Notes under the pieces: model-generated
The model's database searches: none
What the model saw: only the letters and a program-made list of their open reading frames with translations
Told to the model about the DNA's origin: nothing
Part shown: positions 1 to 9,412 of the stretch, piece by piece
Layout of the letters: every line of letters starts with the position of its first letter
How positions within the stretch are numbered: position 1 is the stretch's first letter
Assembly (NCBI GenBank): GCA_030038175.1
Contig: JASHPN010000176.1
Coordinates: 1 to 46,916 of the forward strand
Reading direction: 5' to 3'
Source of the DNA: Verrucomicrobiia bacterium
GTDB lineage: Bacteria > Verrucomicrobiota > Verrucomicrobiia > Limisphaerales > UBA11358
DNA: 46,916 bases
Made by a program: the position numbers and the translations under genes

Positions 1-1
1 C

Positions 2-193
2 CTGGCGAAGTTGGAAAAGCAATTTGAAATGGAGTTGCCCAAGGGCGCGTCCGCCGCCGTGGACGAAGCGGCCAGGAAATTTGTGGAGCGGTACGGTGCG
101 GAAAATCTGGCCAAAGTTGCCAAGACGCACTTTCGGACGGCGCTCCGGGCGCAAGGCCTGCCGGAGCCGCCGAAGAAGGAGTGGGGACAATAA
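2..193 (+). CDS. rnhC: Ribonuclease HIII, C-terminal fragment (5' truncated by window edge)
   Basis: Frame open from base 2; LPKGAS..VD..A..FV..YG...L.KVAK.HF.T matches the RNase HIII C-terminus as I recall it. Confidence 0.75.
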   Translation: MAKLEKQFEMELPKGASAAVDEAARKFVERYGAENLAKVAKTHFRTALRAQGLPEPPKKEWGQ

Positions 194-200
194 CGCCGAC

Positions 201-917
201 GTGCCCAAGCCCAATTCCATCGTATTGCCCGATTGTGACCCGATCCCGATTTTGTACGAAGATCGCTCGGTCGTTGCGATAGACAAGCCACCCGGCTGGA
301 TGCTGGCGCCGGTGGCTTGGCAGAACACGTCGCGCAATTTACAGGCAGCGATTGAATCCTCCATCGCGGGCGGCGATTTCTGGGCCCGCTCGCGCGGGCT
401 CAAGTTTCTCCGGCATGTTCATCGGCTGGATGCGGATACCAGCGGCGTCCTGCTCTTTGCTAAAAGCCCCGGGGCCGTCAAAATGTTTTTTGATTTATTC
501 GAGAGCCGGAGAATGGGGAAAATATACCTGGCCGTCGTGGTTGGTAAACCAAGGCAGAATGAATGGACGTGCAATCTCAAACTCGCCCCGGACAAACAAC
601 GCTTCAGAAAAATGAAGGTGGATGAACGATTCGGCAAGGAATCGGAAACCGCCTTCAAGGTTTTGGAAACAAACGAGAATTTTTCACTCATTGAAGCAAG
701 GCCGGTTACCGGGCGCACGCATCAAATCCGTGTTCATCTGGCGGAATCGGGCTTGCCGATTGTCGGAGACGAGCTTTACGGCAGGCTTGAACGGAACCTG
801 CCGCTGGGATTGCGCGCGATGGATTTGGCCTACCAGGATCCCTATACAAAAAGGCGCGTGGAGATCCACGCGCCTATGAGAAAATTTTTGGAGACGTTCG
901 GATTTAAATCCGTTTAA
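201..917 (+). CDS. RluA-family RNA pseudouridine synthase
   Basis: ILYED..VAIDKPPG, catalytic HRLD, GRTHQIRVHLA..G.PIVGD.LYG; GTG at 201 chosen because it follows the rnhC stop; its stop shares TTAA (914-917) with the convergent gene. Confidence 0.92.
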   Translation: MPKPNSIVLPDCDPIPILYEDRSVVAIDKPPGWMLAPVAWQNTSRNLQAAIESSIAGGDFWARSRGLKFLRHVHRLDADTSGVLLFAKSPGAVKMFFDLFESRRMGKIYLAVVVGKPRQNEWTCNLKLAPDKQRFRKMKVDERFGKESETAFKVLETNENFSLIEARPVTGRTHQIRVHLAESGLPIVGDELYGRLERNLPLGLRAMDLAYQDPYTKRRVEIHAPMRKFLETFGFKSV

Positions 918-1510
918 TCCGCGTACTTCACGCTGCAGCCGTAGGGCTTGGTCTGCGAGACCTCGATGGGCTTGCCGGCGATCAAATCGTCCACCGCATC
1001 GCGAACGTAGTTGTTCGCCGTCTTCGGATTGTGGAAGGGATCCGGCTCATTATCAATCGCGCCGTCATAAACCAGCGTGCCTTCCTTATTGATGACGAAC
1101 ATGTGCGGCGTCGTCTTCATGTCGTAAAGATGGCCCACTTTCCCGGAACTGTCGTCAATCCATGCCGTAACGTCCATTTTCTCGTCTGACATTTCCTGTT
1201 TGGCCTGCGAATCAGTGCGATGGCTGCGGTTATTGGGATTGACGGAATTGACTAGCAGCCAAACGACCCCCTTGGCGGCGAGTTCCTTTTGCAGGTCCTG
1301 CATCCCGCCCGTAGCGTATTGATTGTGGCAGTACGGGCAGTCGGAGTTATAGGACTCGATGACCACGATCTTTCCTTTGTAATCGCTTAAGTGAACGGTA
1401 TTTCCGTTAATGTCCTGCGCCGTAAAGTCAGGCGCCGGTTTGCCGACTTCCACCGCCAACGCGCTCGCGGCCAGCGCCATGATGGTCGTTAAGACAGATA
1501 TTTTCTTCAT
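914..1510 (-). CDS. Exported thioredoxin-fold/redoxin protein
   Basis: Signal peptide MKKISVLTTIMALAASALA, APDFTAQDING..LSDYKGK, CPYC, TTPHMFVI, C-terminal YGCSVKY. Confidence 0.88.
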   Translation of the reverse strand: MKKISVLTTIMALAASALAVEVGKPAPDFTAQDINGNTVHLSDYKGKIVVIESYNSDCPYCHNQYATGGMQDLQKELAAKGVVWLLVNSVNPNNRSHRTDSQAKQEMSDEKMDVTAWIDDSSGKVGHLYDMKTTPHMFVINKEGTLVYDGAIDNEPDPFHNPKTANNYVRDAVDDLIAGKPIEVSQTKPYGCSVKYAD

Positions 1511-1590
1511 AATTTTATCGTTTGGTTTTTCCAGCAAGTTAACAGACGCTCCAACACGCCATTTGGTTCAAACTTTCTGTAATCTTAACG

Positions 1591-2016
1591 TTAAATCCGC
1601 TTTTCATCCGCGTCAATATAATCCACGGATGTCTTGATATCATCGCGGCCGGCCATGCCGGATTGTTCTTTGCGCATCCGCAGCCGCGCCTCCGCTTCGG
1701 CGTCACCGGCTTTGGGCCGATTATACATTTCCTTCCAGTGCGCGGCCTTATCGACGGGCGATTTTTTCACATTCTGCCGGACCCAATCGCAGACCTGGCC
1801 GTCCGTGATGGAGTTTTTGACGACCTCAATCATTTGCTCGTGCGTCACTCCGGCACTATCGAGCCAGAAGGCGTCGAAACCCTTGCCGAAATTATTGACA
1901 TAATCGGAATGCAATTTGCCGGCGAGATGCAACCGGATTTTATCTATGTATCGCGGCAGGTAAGTCCAGCCGTCCATCGTTTCGCGCGGGCTGCGCGGAT
2001 AAATAATTTGGCTCAT
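1591..2016 (-). CDS. DUF5069-like protein
   Basis: PRSPRETMDGWTYLPRYIDKIRLHLAGKL...Y pattern; ATG at 2016 sits 7 nt after a TATTCT -10 element. Confidence 0.75.
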   Translation of the reverse strand: MSQIIYPRSPRETMDGWTYLPRYIDKIRLHLAGKLHSDYVNNFGKGFDAFWLDSAGVTHEQMIEVVKNSITDGQVCDWVRQNVKKSPVDKAAHWKEMYNRPKAGDAEAEARLRMRKEQSGMAGRDDIKTSVDYIDADEKRI

Positions 2017-2023
2017 GGAGATG

Positions 2024-2052
2024 AGAATAGCTGAATTTCCCCAAGTAACCAA
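2024..2052 (-). promoter_or_regulatory. Putative sigma70 promoter, leaderless type, for the DUF5069 gene
   Basis: TTGGTT-17 nt-TATTCT-7 nt-ATG on the minus strand. Confidence 0.5.
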
Positions 2053-2094
2053 TTAAAAACTCTATTCGGGGGGTGAAACGCCTATTCGCGAGGC

Positions 2095-2226
2095 CGGAGC
2101 GCGGCTGTGTCCCGCACGGCGGGATCAGCCGTAGCACATCCGCAATACATTGAGTCTCGCCTATACGCAGGTCTTCCGGCTGCCAGGATTGCTGCGGCTG
2201 GCGCTATCGCACACAGCGGCGCTCCG
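2095..2226. repeat. REP-like inverted pair (family A: cggagcgcggctgtgt...cagccg(c/t)agca)
   Basis: Arm 2095-2136 and inverted arm 2190-2226; related single copies at 35261-35301 and 46397-46465. Confidence 0.8.
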
Positions 2227-2314
2227 AATTTTGTCTCACACCCGTTTTAAAATGCGCCCAACTCTTTCTGCTCGACAGATTGCGACCGTTGCTGCGATGG
2301 TTCCGGGTTCCAAT

Positions 2315-3745
2315 ATGAACCGGAAGTCAGCATTCGAATACGACGTGGCGATCATCGGCGGCGGCAGTGGTGGTTATGCCGCCGCCAGAACCACCGCGGG
2401 CGCCGGGCTAAAAACCGTGGTCATTGAAGGCGGCGAAGAAGTCGGCGGGCTTTGCATCCTGCGCGGTTGCATGCCCACCAAGGCGCTCCTCTATATGGCC
2501 GAAGTCGCGCATCTGGTCAAACATTCGGCGCCCTTTGGCGTTCATCCGGGAAACATCACTCTCAATTTTGCGCAGGCGATGAAGCGAAAACGCCTGATCA
2601 TTCAGGATTTTGCGGATTATCGCGTCAAACAATTGAACGATGGCCGGTTCGCGTTTTTTCGTGCGAACGCGAAATTCCTGGATGCGCACACGCTCAAATT
2701 GGAAACGGACGGGCTGCCCCGGGCTGCCGGGCGCCGCGTCCCGGCCACTATCACGGCGAAACATTTTGTGATTGCCACCGGGTCGAGGATTGCGCCGTCC
2801 CCGCTCTGCCAATTGAATGACATGGGCTGCCTGGACAGCGATAGCGCCCTTTCCCTGAAGAAGCTGCCCAAATCCATCGTTGTTCTAGGCGGGGGGCCGA
2901 CCGCATGTGAGTTCGCCCAGTTCTTTTCGCGCTTTGGCGTGCGGGTGACCATGATTCAGCGCAGTCCTCACATTTTGCACGATTTTGATGCCGACGCCTC
3001 AGCCGTCGTGGAAAATGTTTTTCGGCGCGAAGGCATTCGCCTTTTCGCGGGCACAAAACTGCTCAACGCCAAACGCAATGGAAAATTGAAAACGGTTTGG
3101 TTCAAACACAATGGCAAAAAGGTCTCAGTTTCAGCGGAAGAAGTTTTGTTTGCGCTGGGCCGGATCCCCAACACGGACTCGCTGGGACTGGAAAAAGCGG
3201 GCGTGAACACGAAGCCGGGCGGAACCGTCATCGCCAATGAATTCATGCAAACGAGCGCGCCGCACATTTATACGGCGGGCGATTGCACCGGGCCCTATGA
3301 AATTGTGAACATTGCCGTCCAGCAGGGGGAAATCGCCGGGCGCAACATTGCCCATCCGAATTCGGCACGCATGGATTACCGGCTTTTGATTTCCGTGGTC
3401 TTTACTGAGCCGCAACTGGCTTTTGTGGGCCTTACTGAAAAAGAAGCGGCTGCCCGCAACAGGCCGTTTCTATCGGCCAGCTATCCGTTCAACGACCACG
3501 GCAAATCCATCATCATGAATGCCATGGACGGCTTCGTTAAATTGCTCGCCGATCCCAAATCTGGCGAAATGATCGGCGGCCAGTGCGTCGGCCCGGTGGG
3601 CGGCGAGCTGATTCATGAAATCGTCGCCGCCATGGCCAAACGCATGACCGTTCAGGAACTGGCCGCCATGCCGCATTATCATCCCACCCTGGCTGAGATT
3701 TGGACGTATCCGGCGGAAGAACTGGCCGAGAAGATTGCGAAATAA
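2315..3745 (+). CDS. Pyridine nucleotide-disulfide oxidoreductase, dihydrolipoamide dehydrogenase-like
   Basis: IIGGGSGG FAD motif, redox CILRGC, second GGGP dinucleotide motif, YTAGD, C-terminal HPTLAE; lacks the MerA C-terminal CC pair; the longer ORF start at 2150 runs through a REP. Confidence 0.9.
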   Translation: MNRKSAFEYDVAIIGGGSGGYAAARTTAGAGLKTVVIEGGEEVGGLCILRGCMPTKALLYMAEVAHLVKHSAPFGVHPGNITLNFAQAMKRKRLIIQDFADYRVKQLNDGRFAFFRANAKFLDAHTLKLETDGLPRAAGRRVPATITAKHFVIATGSRIAPSPLCQLNDMGCLDSDSALSLKKLPKSIVVLGGGPTACEFAQFFSRFGVRVTMIQRSPHILHDFDADASAVVENVFRREGIRLFAGTKLLNAKRNGKLKTVWFKHNGKKVSVSAEEVLFALGRIPNTDSLGLEKAGVNTKPGGTVIANEFMQTSAPHIYTAGDCTGPYEIVNIAVQQGEIAGRNIAHPNSARMDYRLLISVVFTEPQLAFVGLTEKEAAARNRPFLSASYPFNDHGKSIIMNAMDGFVKLLADPKSGEMIGGQCVGPVGGELIHEIVAAMAKRMTVQELAAMPHYHPTLAEIWTYPAEELAEKIAK

Positions 3746-4417
3746 ATGGAAACTCATCTCGACGTCGAAATGGACCGGTTGCGGCAACGGCTGCTGCTAA
3801 TGGCCAGCCATGCCGAAATGGCCGTCGCGCAGGCGTCGCAGGCGCTGACGCAACGCGACGAGGAACTCGCGATGCGCGTTTGGGAAAATGATCGCATTAT
3901 TGATCATTTGGAGGTGGATACCGATGAAATGATCATCCAACAGCTTACCAAGGCGCCGCTGGCCACGGATTTGCGCCTGGTAACCGTGGCCATCAAAATC
4001 TCAAAAAATCTCGAAAGGATAGGCGATGAAGCGACCAAAATTGCCAAACGCGCCATTGATCTGTGCCGGGAAGCCCCGGTTAAAATCAAACTCGACCTGC
4101 CGCAAATGACCCGCCTTACCCTGGGCATGCTCAAAGCCTCGCTCGACGCTTTCGGAAACCAGAACCCCGCGGCGGCGCGCGCGGTCATTCCCGATGACCG
4201 AAAAGTGGATTTGCTTAACAAAAAGATTCACCAGGCGCTGGCCCTGCAGATGGCGAAACATCCGGACACCATCAATCGTTGCCTCCATCTCATGGTTGTT
4301 TCCAAAAGTCTCGAACGCATCGCGGACCACGCAACCAATATTGCGGAAGACGTTGTTTATCTTTGTGAAGCGCGCGATATTCGGCATACCGGCGCCAAAT
4401 GGCCGGAAGCGACCTGA
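3746..4417 (+). CDS. phoU: Phosphate signalling/transport regulator PhoU
   Basis: PLATDLR, duplicated LERIGD/LERIADHATNIAEDVVY motifs. Confidence 0.93.
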   Translation: METHLDVEMDRLRQRLLLMASHAEMAVAQASQALTQRDEELAMRVWENDRIIDHLEVDTDEMIIQQLTKAPLATDLRLVTVAIKISKNLERIGDEATKIAKRAIDLCREAPVKIKLDLPQMTRLTLGMLKASLDAFGNQNPAAARAVIPDDRKVDLLNKKIHQALALQMAKHPDTINRCLHLMVVSKSLERIADHATNIAEDVVYLCEARDIRHTGAKWPEAT

Positions 4418-4480
4418 TTTTTCGTGCGTCTTCTAGTTCATTCGGGCATACTCCCTCCGTCCGAAACAAACCAGGCGCTC

Positions 4481-5110
4481 ATGTTTTCACTGCAACAATT
4501 TTTTGGCAAAGGCGACCGATTTCTCAAGCTGCTGGAACAGGCGGCGCAACAGGCCCACGAAAGCGTGCGGCTCACGGTCGAAATCATGAAGGCGCCGCGC
4601 GATTCGAAGAAGCTGGACGAACTGGTCCTGTCGCGGCGCAAGGAAAAGAAATTGTCCGAGGAAATCAGCACCGAACTGGTCAAAAGCTTCGTGACTGGCC
4701 TGGAACGCGAAGACATCGAGACTCTCTCCCACGGCATTTACAAAATTCCCAAGACCGCGGAAAAGGTTGCTGAGCGCTATTTGATCGCCGTACAACACGT
4801 GGATGGCATGGACTTTTCGCGACAGGCCGAGATGATGCTCAAAGCGACCGACGTGGTACTGGAAATGATCCAGCAGCTTCACCATATGAATGAGCTGGAG
4901 AAGACCAAGGAAATGAACGACCGGCTGCAATATGTCGAAGGCGAAGCCGACAAATTGTTGATGGAACTTGTCCGCGAGCTTTATAGCGGCAAACACGATC
5001 CCTTAAAGGCCATTGCCATCCGTGATCTTTACGAGTTGATGGAGAAAGTAGTGGACCGCTGCCGCGACGTGGGCAACGCGGTCATGCAAGTCCTGTTGAA
5101 AAACTCCTGA
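4481..5110 (+). CDS. DUF47 / Pit accessory protein (PhoU-like)
   Basis: SFVTGLEREDI, EGEAD, E..EKVVDRC.DV motifs; directly upstream of pit. Confidence 0.88.
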   Translation: MFSLQQFFGKGDRFLKLLEQAAQQAHESVRLTVEIMKAPRDSKKLDELVLSRRKEKKLSEEISTELVKSFVTGLEREDIETLSHGIYKIPKTAEKVAERYLIAVQHVDGMDFSRQAEMMLKATDVVLEMIQQLHHMNELEKTKEMNDRLQYVEGEADKLLMELVRELYSGKHDPLKAIAIRDLYELMEKVVDRCRDVGNAVMQVLLKNS

Positions 5111-5119
5111 GGCCGAGCG

Positions 5120-6211
5120 ATGACCCTTGCCATCATCGTCATCCTCGCGGCGCTGGTGTTTACCTACATCAACGGCTTTCACGATACCGCCAATTCCATC
5201 GCCACCGTGGTGGCGACCAAGGTCCTGTCGCCCCGCCAGGCGGTCCTGCTCGCGGCCGTGACCAACCTGATCGGCGCGTTTTGCGGTACCGCGGTCGCCG
5301 CTACGATCGCCTCCGGCCTGGTTGATCCGCAAGTTGCTACCATGGCGGTTTTGGTTTGCGCCTTGCTCGCGGCCATTTTTTGGAACCTGCTGACGTGGTG
5401 GTTTGGCCTGCCGGCCAGCTCATCCCATTCCCTGATCGGCGGCCTTTGCGGCGCCTGCCTGGCCGCGGCCCACAACAACTGGCGGGTCATTGTCTGGAGT
5501 ATTCCCGGAAAGCTCCACTGGTGGCAGGGCAAAGGGGTGCTTTGGAAAGTGGTCGTGCCGATGATTACGTCCCCGGTGGCCGGATTTATCGGCGGCTTTT
5601 TAGCAATGGGGTTGCTCTATTTCATACTGCGAAATTGGCGCCCCGTGACGGTCAATCGCACCTTTGGCAAGCTGCAGCTTTTCAGCGCGGCTTATATGGG
5701 CTTCAGCCACGGCACGAACGACGCGCAAAAAACCATGGGCATTATCGCGCTTGCCCTGATGGCCGCCACCACTTCAGGCGCGTTTGTCCACCTCCCGATT
5801 TGGCTTGCTTTTCTAAAGGCAGCCCCTCCAATCGCCGGTCAACCGCTTCTGATTGCCGCCTGGATCAAAGTGCTGTGCGCCTTGACCATGTGCGCCGGAA
5901 CGGCGGCCGGCGGCTGGCGAATCATCAAGACTCTCGGCCATAAAATGATAAAAATTCATCCCGTCCAGGGTTTCGCCGCGGAAGCCACTGGAGCGACCGT
6001 GTTGCTGGTCGCCGCACAATTCGGAATGCCGGTCTCCACGACCCATGCCATTACCACTTCGATCATGGGCGTCGGCTGTGCGAAGAGTTTTAACGCGCTG
6101 AAATTGACCGTGGTCGAACGCATTCTCTGGGCGTGGGTGTTGACTCTTCCCGCCAGCGCCGCCGTTGCTTATCTGATCGTGCGCATCGCCCGCGCCACCG
6201 GACTGTTGTAG
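5120..6211 (+). CDS. Inorganic phosphate transporter, PiT family
   Basis: NGFHDTANSIAT and HGTNDAQK signatures, PVSTTH, many TM helices. Confidence 0.93.
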   Translation: MTLAIIVILAALVFTYINGFHDTANSIATVVATKVLSPRQAVLLAAVTNLIGAFCGTAVAATIASGLVDPQVATMAVLVCALLAAIFWNLLTWWFGLPASSSHSLIGGLCGACLAAAHNNWRVIVWSIPGKLHWWQGKGVLWKVVVPMITSPVAGFIGGFLAMGLLYFILRNWRPVTVNRTFGKLQLFSAAYMGFSHGTNDAQKTMGIIALALMAATTSGAFVHLPIWLAFLKAAPPIAGQPLLIAAWIKVLCALTMCAGTAAGGWRIIKTLGHKMIKIHPVQGFAAEATGATVLLVAAQFGMPVSTTHAITTSIMGVGCAKSFNALKLTVVERILWAWVLTLPASAAVAYLIVRIARATGLL

Positions 6212-6221
6212 CGGTTCTTTC

Positions 6222-6923
<702 letters not shown>

Positions 6924-6953
6924 TCACTTTTTGAACGGGAAAAGGGCCAGAAG

Positions 6954-7129
6954 ATGTCGCCCCTGACGGGGCTAAGGATTTTAATGGATTTTTACTACAT
7001 AGATGTCGCACCTACGGTGCTGGCAGCTTCGCATTGACCGTATTACGGCGCCGTTCCAGCCCCGTTCAGAGGCGGAATATTTGCAGGAAACCAAACAAAT
7101 ACTGTTAAAAGCCCCGTCAGGGGCGACAT
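6954..7129. repeat. REP cluster (family B: atgtcgcccctgacggggct), BIME-like
   Basis: Perfect 20-nt inverted repeat 6954-6973 / 7110-7129 enclosing degenerate units at 7003-7021 and 7058-7080. Confidence 0.85.
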
Positions 7130-7181
7130 AGTCTGATTACGTAACAAAAACTGAGATGCGCCCCATCTTGACACTGTTTTA

Positions 7182-7294
7182 GGTAGGGACGGCGCGCTGC
7201 GCAGAGCGGCGCAATAGTTTGCCGAACATACGTTCGACTAGCTGCATTCTTGCCGCCCGCGATACGGGCGGTGACGGAGCGCGCCGTCCCTGCC
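7182..7294. repeat. REP-like inverted pair (family C: ggtagggacggcgcgctgcg)
   Basis: 7182-7201 and 7275-7294 are reverse complements with 2 mismatches in 20 nt. Confidence 0.8.
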
Positions 7295-7305
7295 CTTTCA
7301 ACCAT

Positions 7306-7333
7306 TTGCCCTATTGGCAAACTGCGTTATGTT
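7306..7333 (+). promoter_or_regulatory. Putative sigma70 promoter for trehalase (leaderless type)
   Basis: TTGCCC-16 nt-TATGTT-5 nt-GTG. Confidence 0.4.
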
Positions 7334-7338
7334 TCGTC

Positions 7339-9333
7339 GTGACCAAGGAGACCTGGGCTTTTCCGGCCATTTTATTGGCGGCCGCTGCGCTTCCCGTATT
7401 GGCCCAGCCATTCGATGTGCCGGACAATCTGGCGCGCCTGATCCGGCAGGAGGACACCGACGGCGATAAAAAAATTACCGTCCACGACCGTCTCACCCTA
7501 TTTGAAATCCTCGGGACTAACGGCGCGGCAATCGCCCGGGTCCAGGGCGCCTATCCCTTGTCCATCTTATTGCAGGATCTGGAACGGGCCGAAGACTCCC
7601 GTCATTTTGAGATTTCTCTGGCGGACATCCATTTCGACGAGCCTGCCGCCGCTCGCACCCACAGGTTGATTCGCGAATTTTATTGGGATGCGCTGACCCG
7701 GCGCATTGACGCGGCGCATTTGGCGCAAGTCGTTCCTGATCCCAAAGTCCAATCAAAGGATAATTATCTTTACGTGCCCGGTTCGGATACTAATGCCGTG
7801 CGTTATTTCGAAGCTTTTGGCAAAACGATGGGAAATGATCTGTCGCCGCCGGTGAAGATCGTCGTTTTACCCGCGCCGCGGAAAGTCACCGGTGATTTTG
7901 TGCGCAACCTGGACGGCGCGCATGGCCTCCTGTCGCTGGCCCTGGCAACCAATGCCGATGGCACGATTTCCGGCGTTCCTTATGTCGTGCCGGGCGGGCG
8001 GTTCAATGAATTGTATTATTGGGACAGCTATTTTATTACGCAGGGTTTGTTGCAGGATGGGCGAAAGGATTTGGCGCGCGGTATGGCGGACAATCTTCTT
8101 TATGAAATGAGGCACTACGGAAAAATTCCGAACGGCAATCGCACTTATTATCTCACCCGCTCCCAACCGCCGTTTCTGACGTCCCTCATTCTGGCCGTTT
8201 ACCATTCCGGCGCGGCCGATAAACCATGGCTCGCCGCCGCGCTGAGAACCGCCATCGCCGAATACGAAAACGTCTGGATGTCGGACGGCCACCGGGTCGC
8301 GGTCGGCCAATATGTCTTGAATCGCTATTTTGATTCCGGCGCCGGCCCTTGCCCGGAAGTTGAGCCGGGACATTACGACGAGCAAATCGCCCCGTGGCTG
8401 GCGCAGGCGAATTCCGAAGCCGGTTTGCTCACTCCCTACCGGTTTCTCAACGAATTCTTGTATTGTGGAGATTATTCCAGTCTGAAGGTAAACGGGATGA
8501 CGCTCGGCGAATTTTTTGAGCATGACCGCGCCGTGCGCGAATCCGGCCACGATACCACGCACCGTTTCGACGATCGCACCGCGGACTTTTTGCCCGTGGA
8601 TTTAAATGCGTTGCTTTACAAATACGAAACGGATTTTGCGGATACTCTGGACAGTGAGTTTGGCGGAACGTTGCCCGGAGTGGACGGCGAATCGGGACAA
8701 GCGGATTTCTGGCGGCAACAGGCGCAGCATCGGAAAGCCGCCATCATGGCGCTGATGTGGGACGACCAACGGGGCTTTTTCTTCGATTACGATTTCATCC
8801 GCCATCAGCGTTCCACTTATATCAGCGCGACCGGACTTTACCCGCTTTGGGCAAAATTGCTCGACGCGAACGCTCCCGCTGAGCGCAAACGGGCGGCCCG
8901 GATGGTTTCTTATATGCGCGAAAAACTGGAAGAGCGGGCGGGCCTGGCGGCGAGCGCGAAGGAATCCGTGGTTGCGGCGCGCACTCACGATCCGCGCCAA
9001 TGGGATTATCCGTACGGCTGGGCGCCGCATCAGATGCTCGCTTGGCAAGGCCTCGTCAATTACGGCTTCCGCGCTGATGCCGGGCGGCTGGCATATCGGT
9101 GGCTCTATGCCATTGCCAAAAATGCGCGTGATTACGACGGGGTTATTCCCGAGAAATACAACGTCGTCACCGGCTCGCATGAGGTGTTTGTCGAGTATGG
9201 CAATGTGGGCACGAAATTCAACTACATCACTCGGGAAGGATTCGGCTGGACGGATGCGTCTTTTGAAGTGGGCGTGAATTATTTGTCGTCCAATCAATTG
9301 GTTGATTTGGATGAATTAAAACGGCCAGAGTGA
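7339..9333 (+). CDS. Exported alpha,alpha-trehalase (GH37), neutral-trehalase type with Ca-binding EF-hand-like motif
   Basis: VPGGRFNELYYWDSY, NGNRTYYLTRSQPP, RESGHD, QWDYPYGWAP, EGFGW; EDTDGDKKITVHD; hydrophobic signal ending in VLA-Q; start codon uncertain. Confidence 0.93.
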   Translation: MTKETWAFPAILLAAAALPVLAQPFDVPDNLARLIRQEDTDGDKKITVHDRLTLFEILGTNGAAIARVQGAYPLSILLQDLERAEDSRHFEISLADIHFDEPAAARTHRLIREFYWDALTRRIDAAHLAQVVPDPKVQSKDNYLYVPGSDTNAVRYFEAFGKTMGNDLSPPVKIVVLPAPRKVTGDFVRNLDGAHGLLSLALATNADGTISGVPYVVPGGRFNELYYWDSYFITQGLLQDGRKDLARGMADNLLYEMRHYGKIPNGNRTYYLTRSQPPFLTSLILAVYHSGAADKPWLAAALRTAIAEYENVWMSDGHRVAVGQYVLNRYFDSGAGPCPEVEPGHYDEQIAPWLAQANSEAGLLTPYRFLNEFLYCGDYSSLKVNGMTLGEFFEHDRAVRESGHDTTHRFDDRTADFLPVDLNALLYKYETDFADTLDSEFGGTLPGVDGESGQADFWRQQAQHRKAAIMALMWDDQRGFFFDYDFIRHQRSTYISATGLYPLWAKLLDANAPAERKRAARMVSYMREKLEERAGLAASAKESVVAARTHDPRQWDYPYGWAPHQMLAWQGLVNYGFRADAGRLAYRWLYAIAKNARDYDGVIPEKYNVVTGSHEVFVEYGNVGTKFNYITREGFGWTDASFEVGVNYLSSNQLVDLDELKRPE

Positions 9334-9355
9334 GTGCGCGAGCATTTGGGTTCCT

Positions 9356-9382
9356 CACGCAAAGGGCGCCAAGGCCGCGAAG
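9356..9382 (+). repeat. Degenerate 9-mer tandem repeat (cgcaaaggg-cgccaaggc-cgcgaag)
   Basis: Three imperfect 9-nt units between convergent genes. Confidence 0.5.
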
Positions 9383-9412
9383 ACAAATGCATTTCACTTT
9401 TTGTGCTTATGG

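Noticed and set aside
2150-2314. Long N-terminal extensions in the ORF track (also RluA 24, trehalase 7219, gnd 12823, WecA 15494, RlmD 20997, CLC 22726)
   Set aside because: They run through REPs, tandem repeats or neighbouring genes; family homology starts later
2315-3745. Mercuric reductase MerA
   Set aside because: No C-terminal Cys-Cys, no NmerA domain, no mer genes; HPT motif is Lpd-like
6954-7129. CRISPR array or IS ends
   Set aside because: Units are inverted and degenerate, with no regular spacers, cas genes or transposase
7168-7173. Consensus TTGACA -35 box
   Set aside because: No -10 element at the proper spacing; a REP follows at 7182
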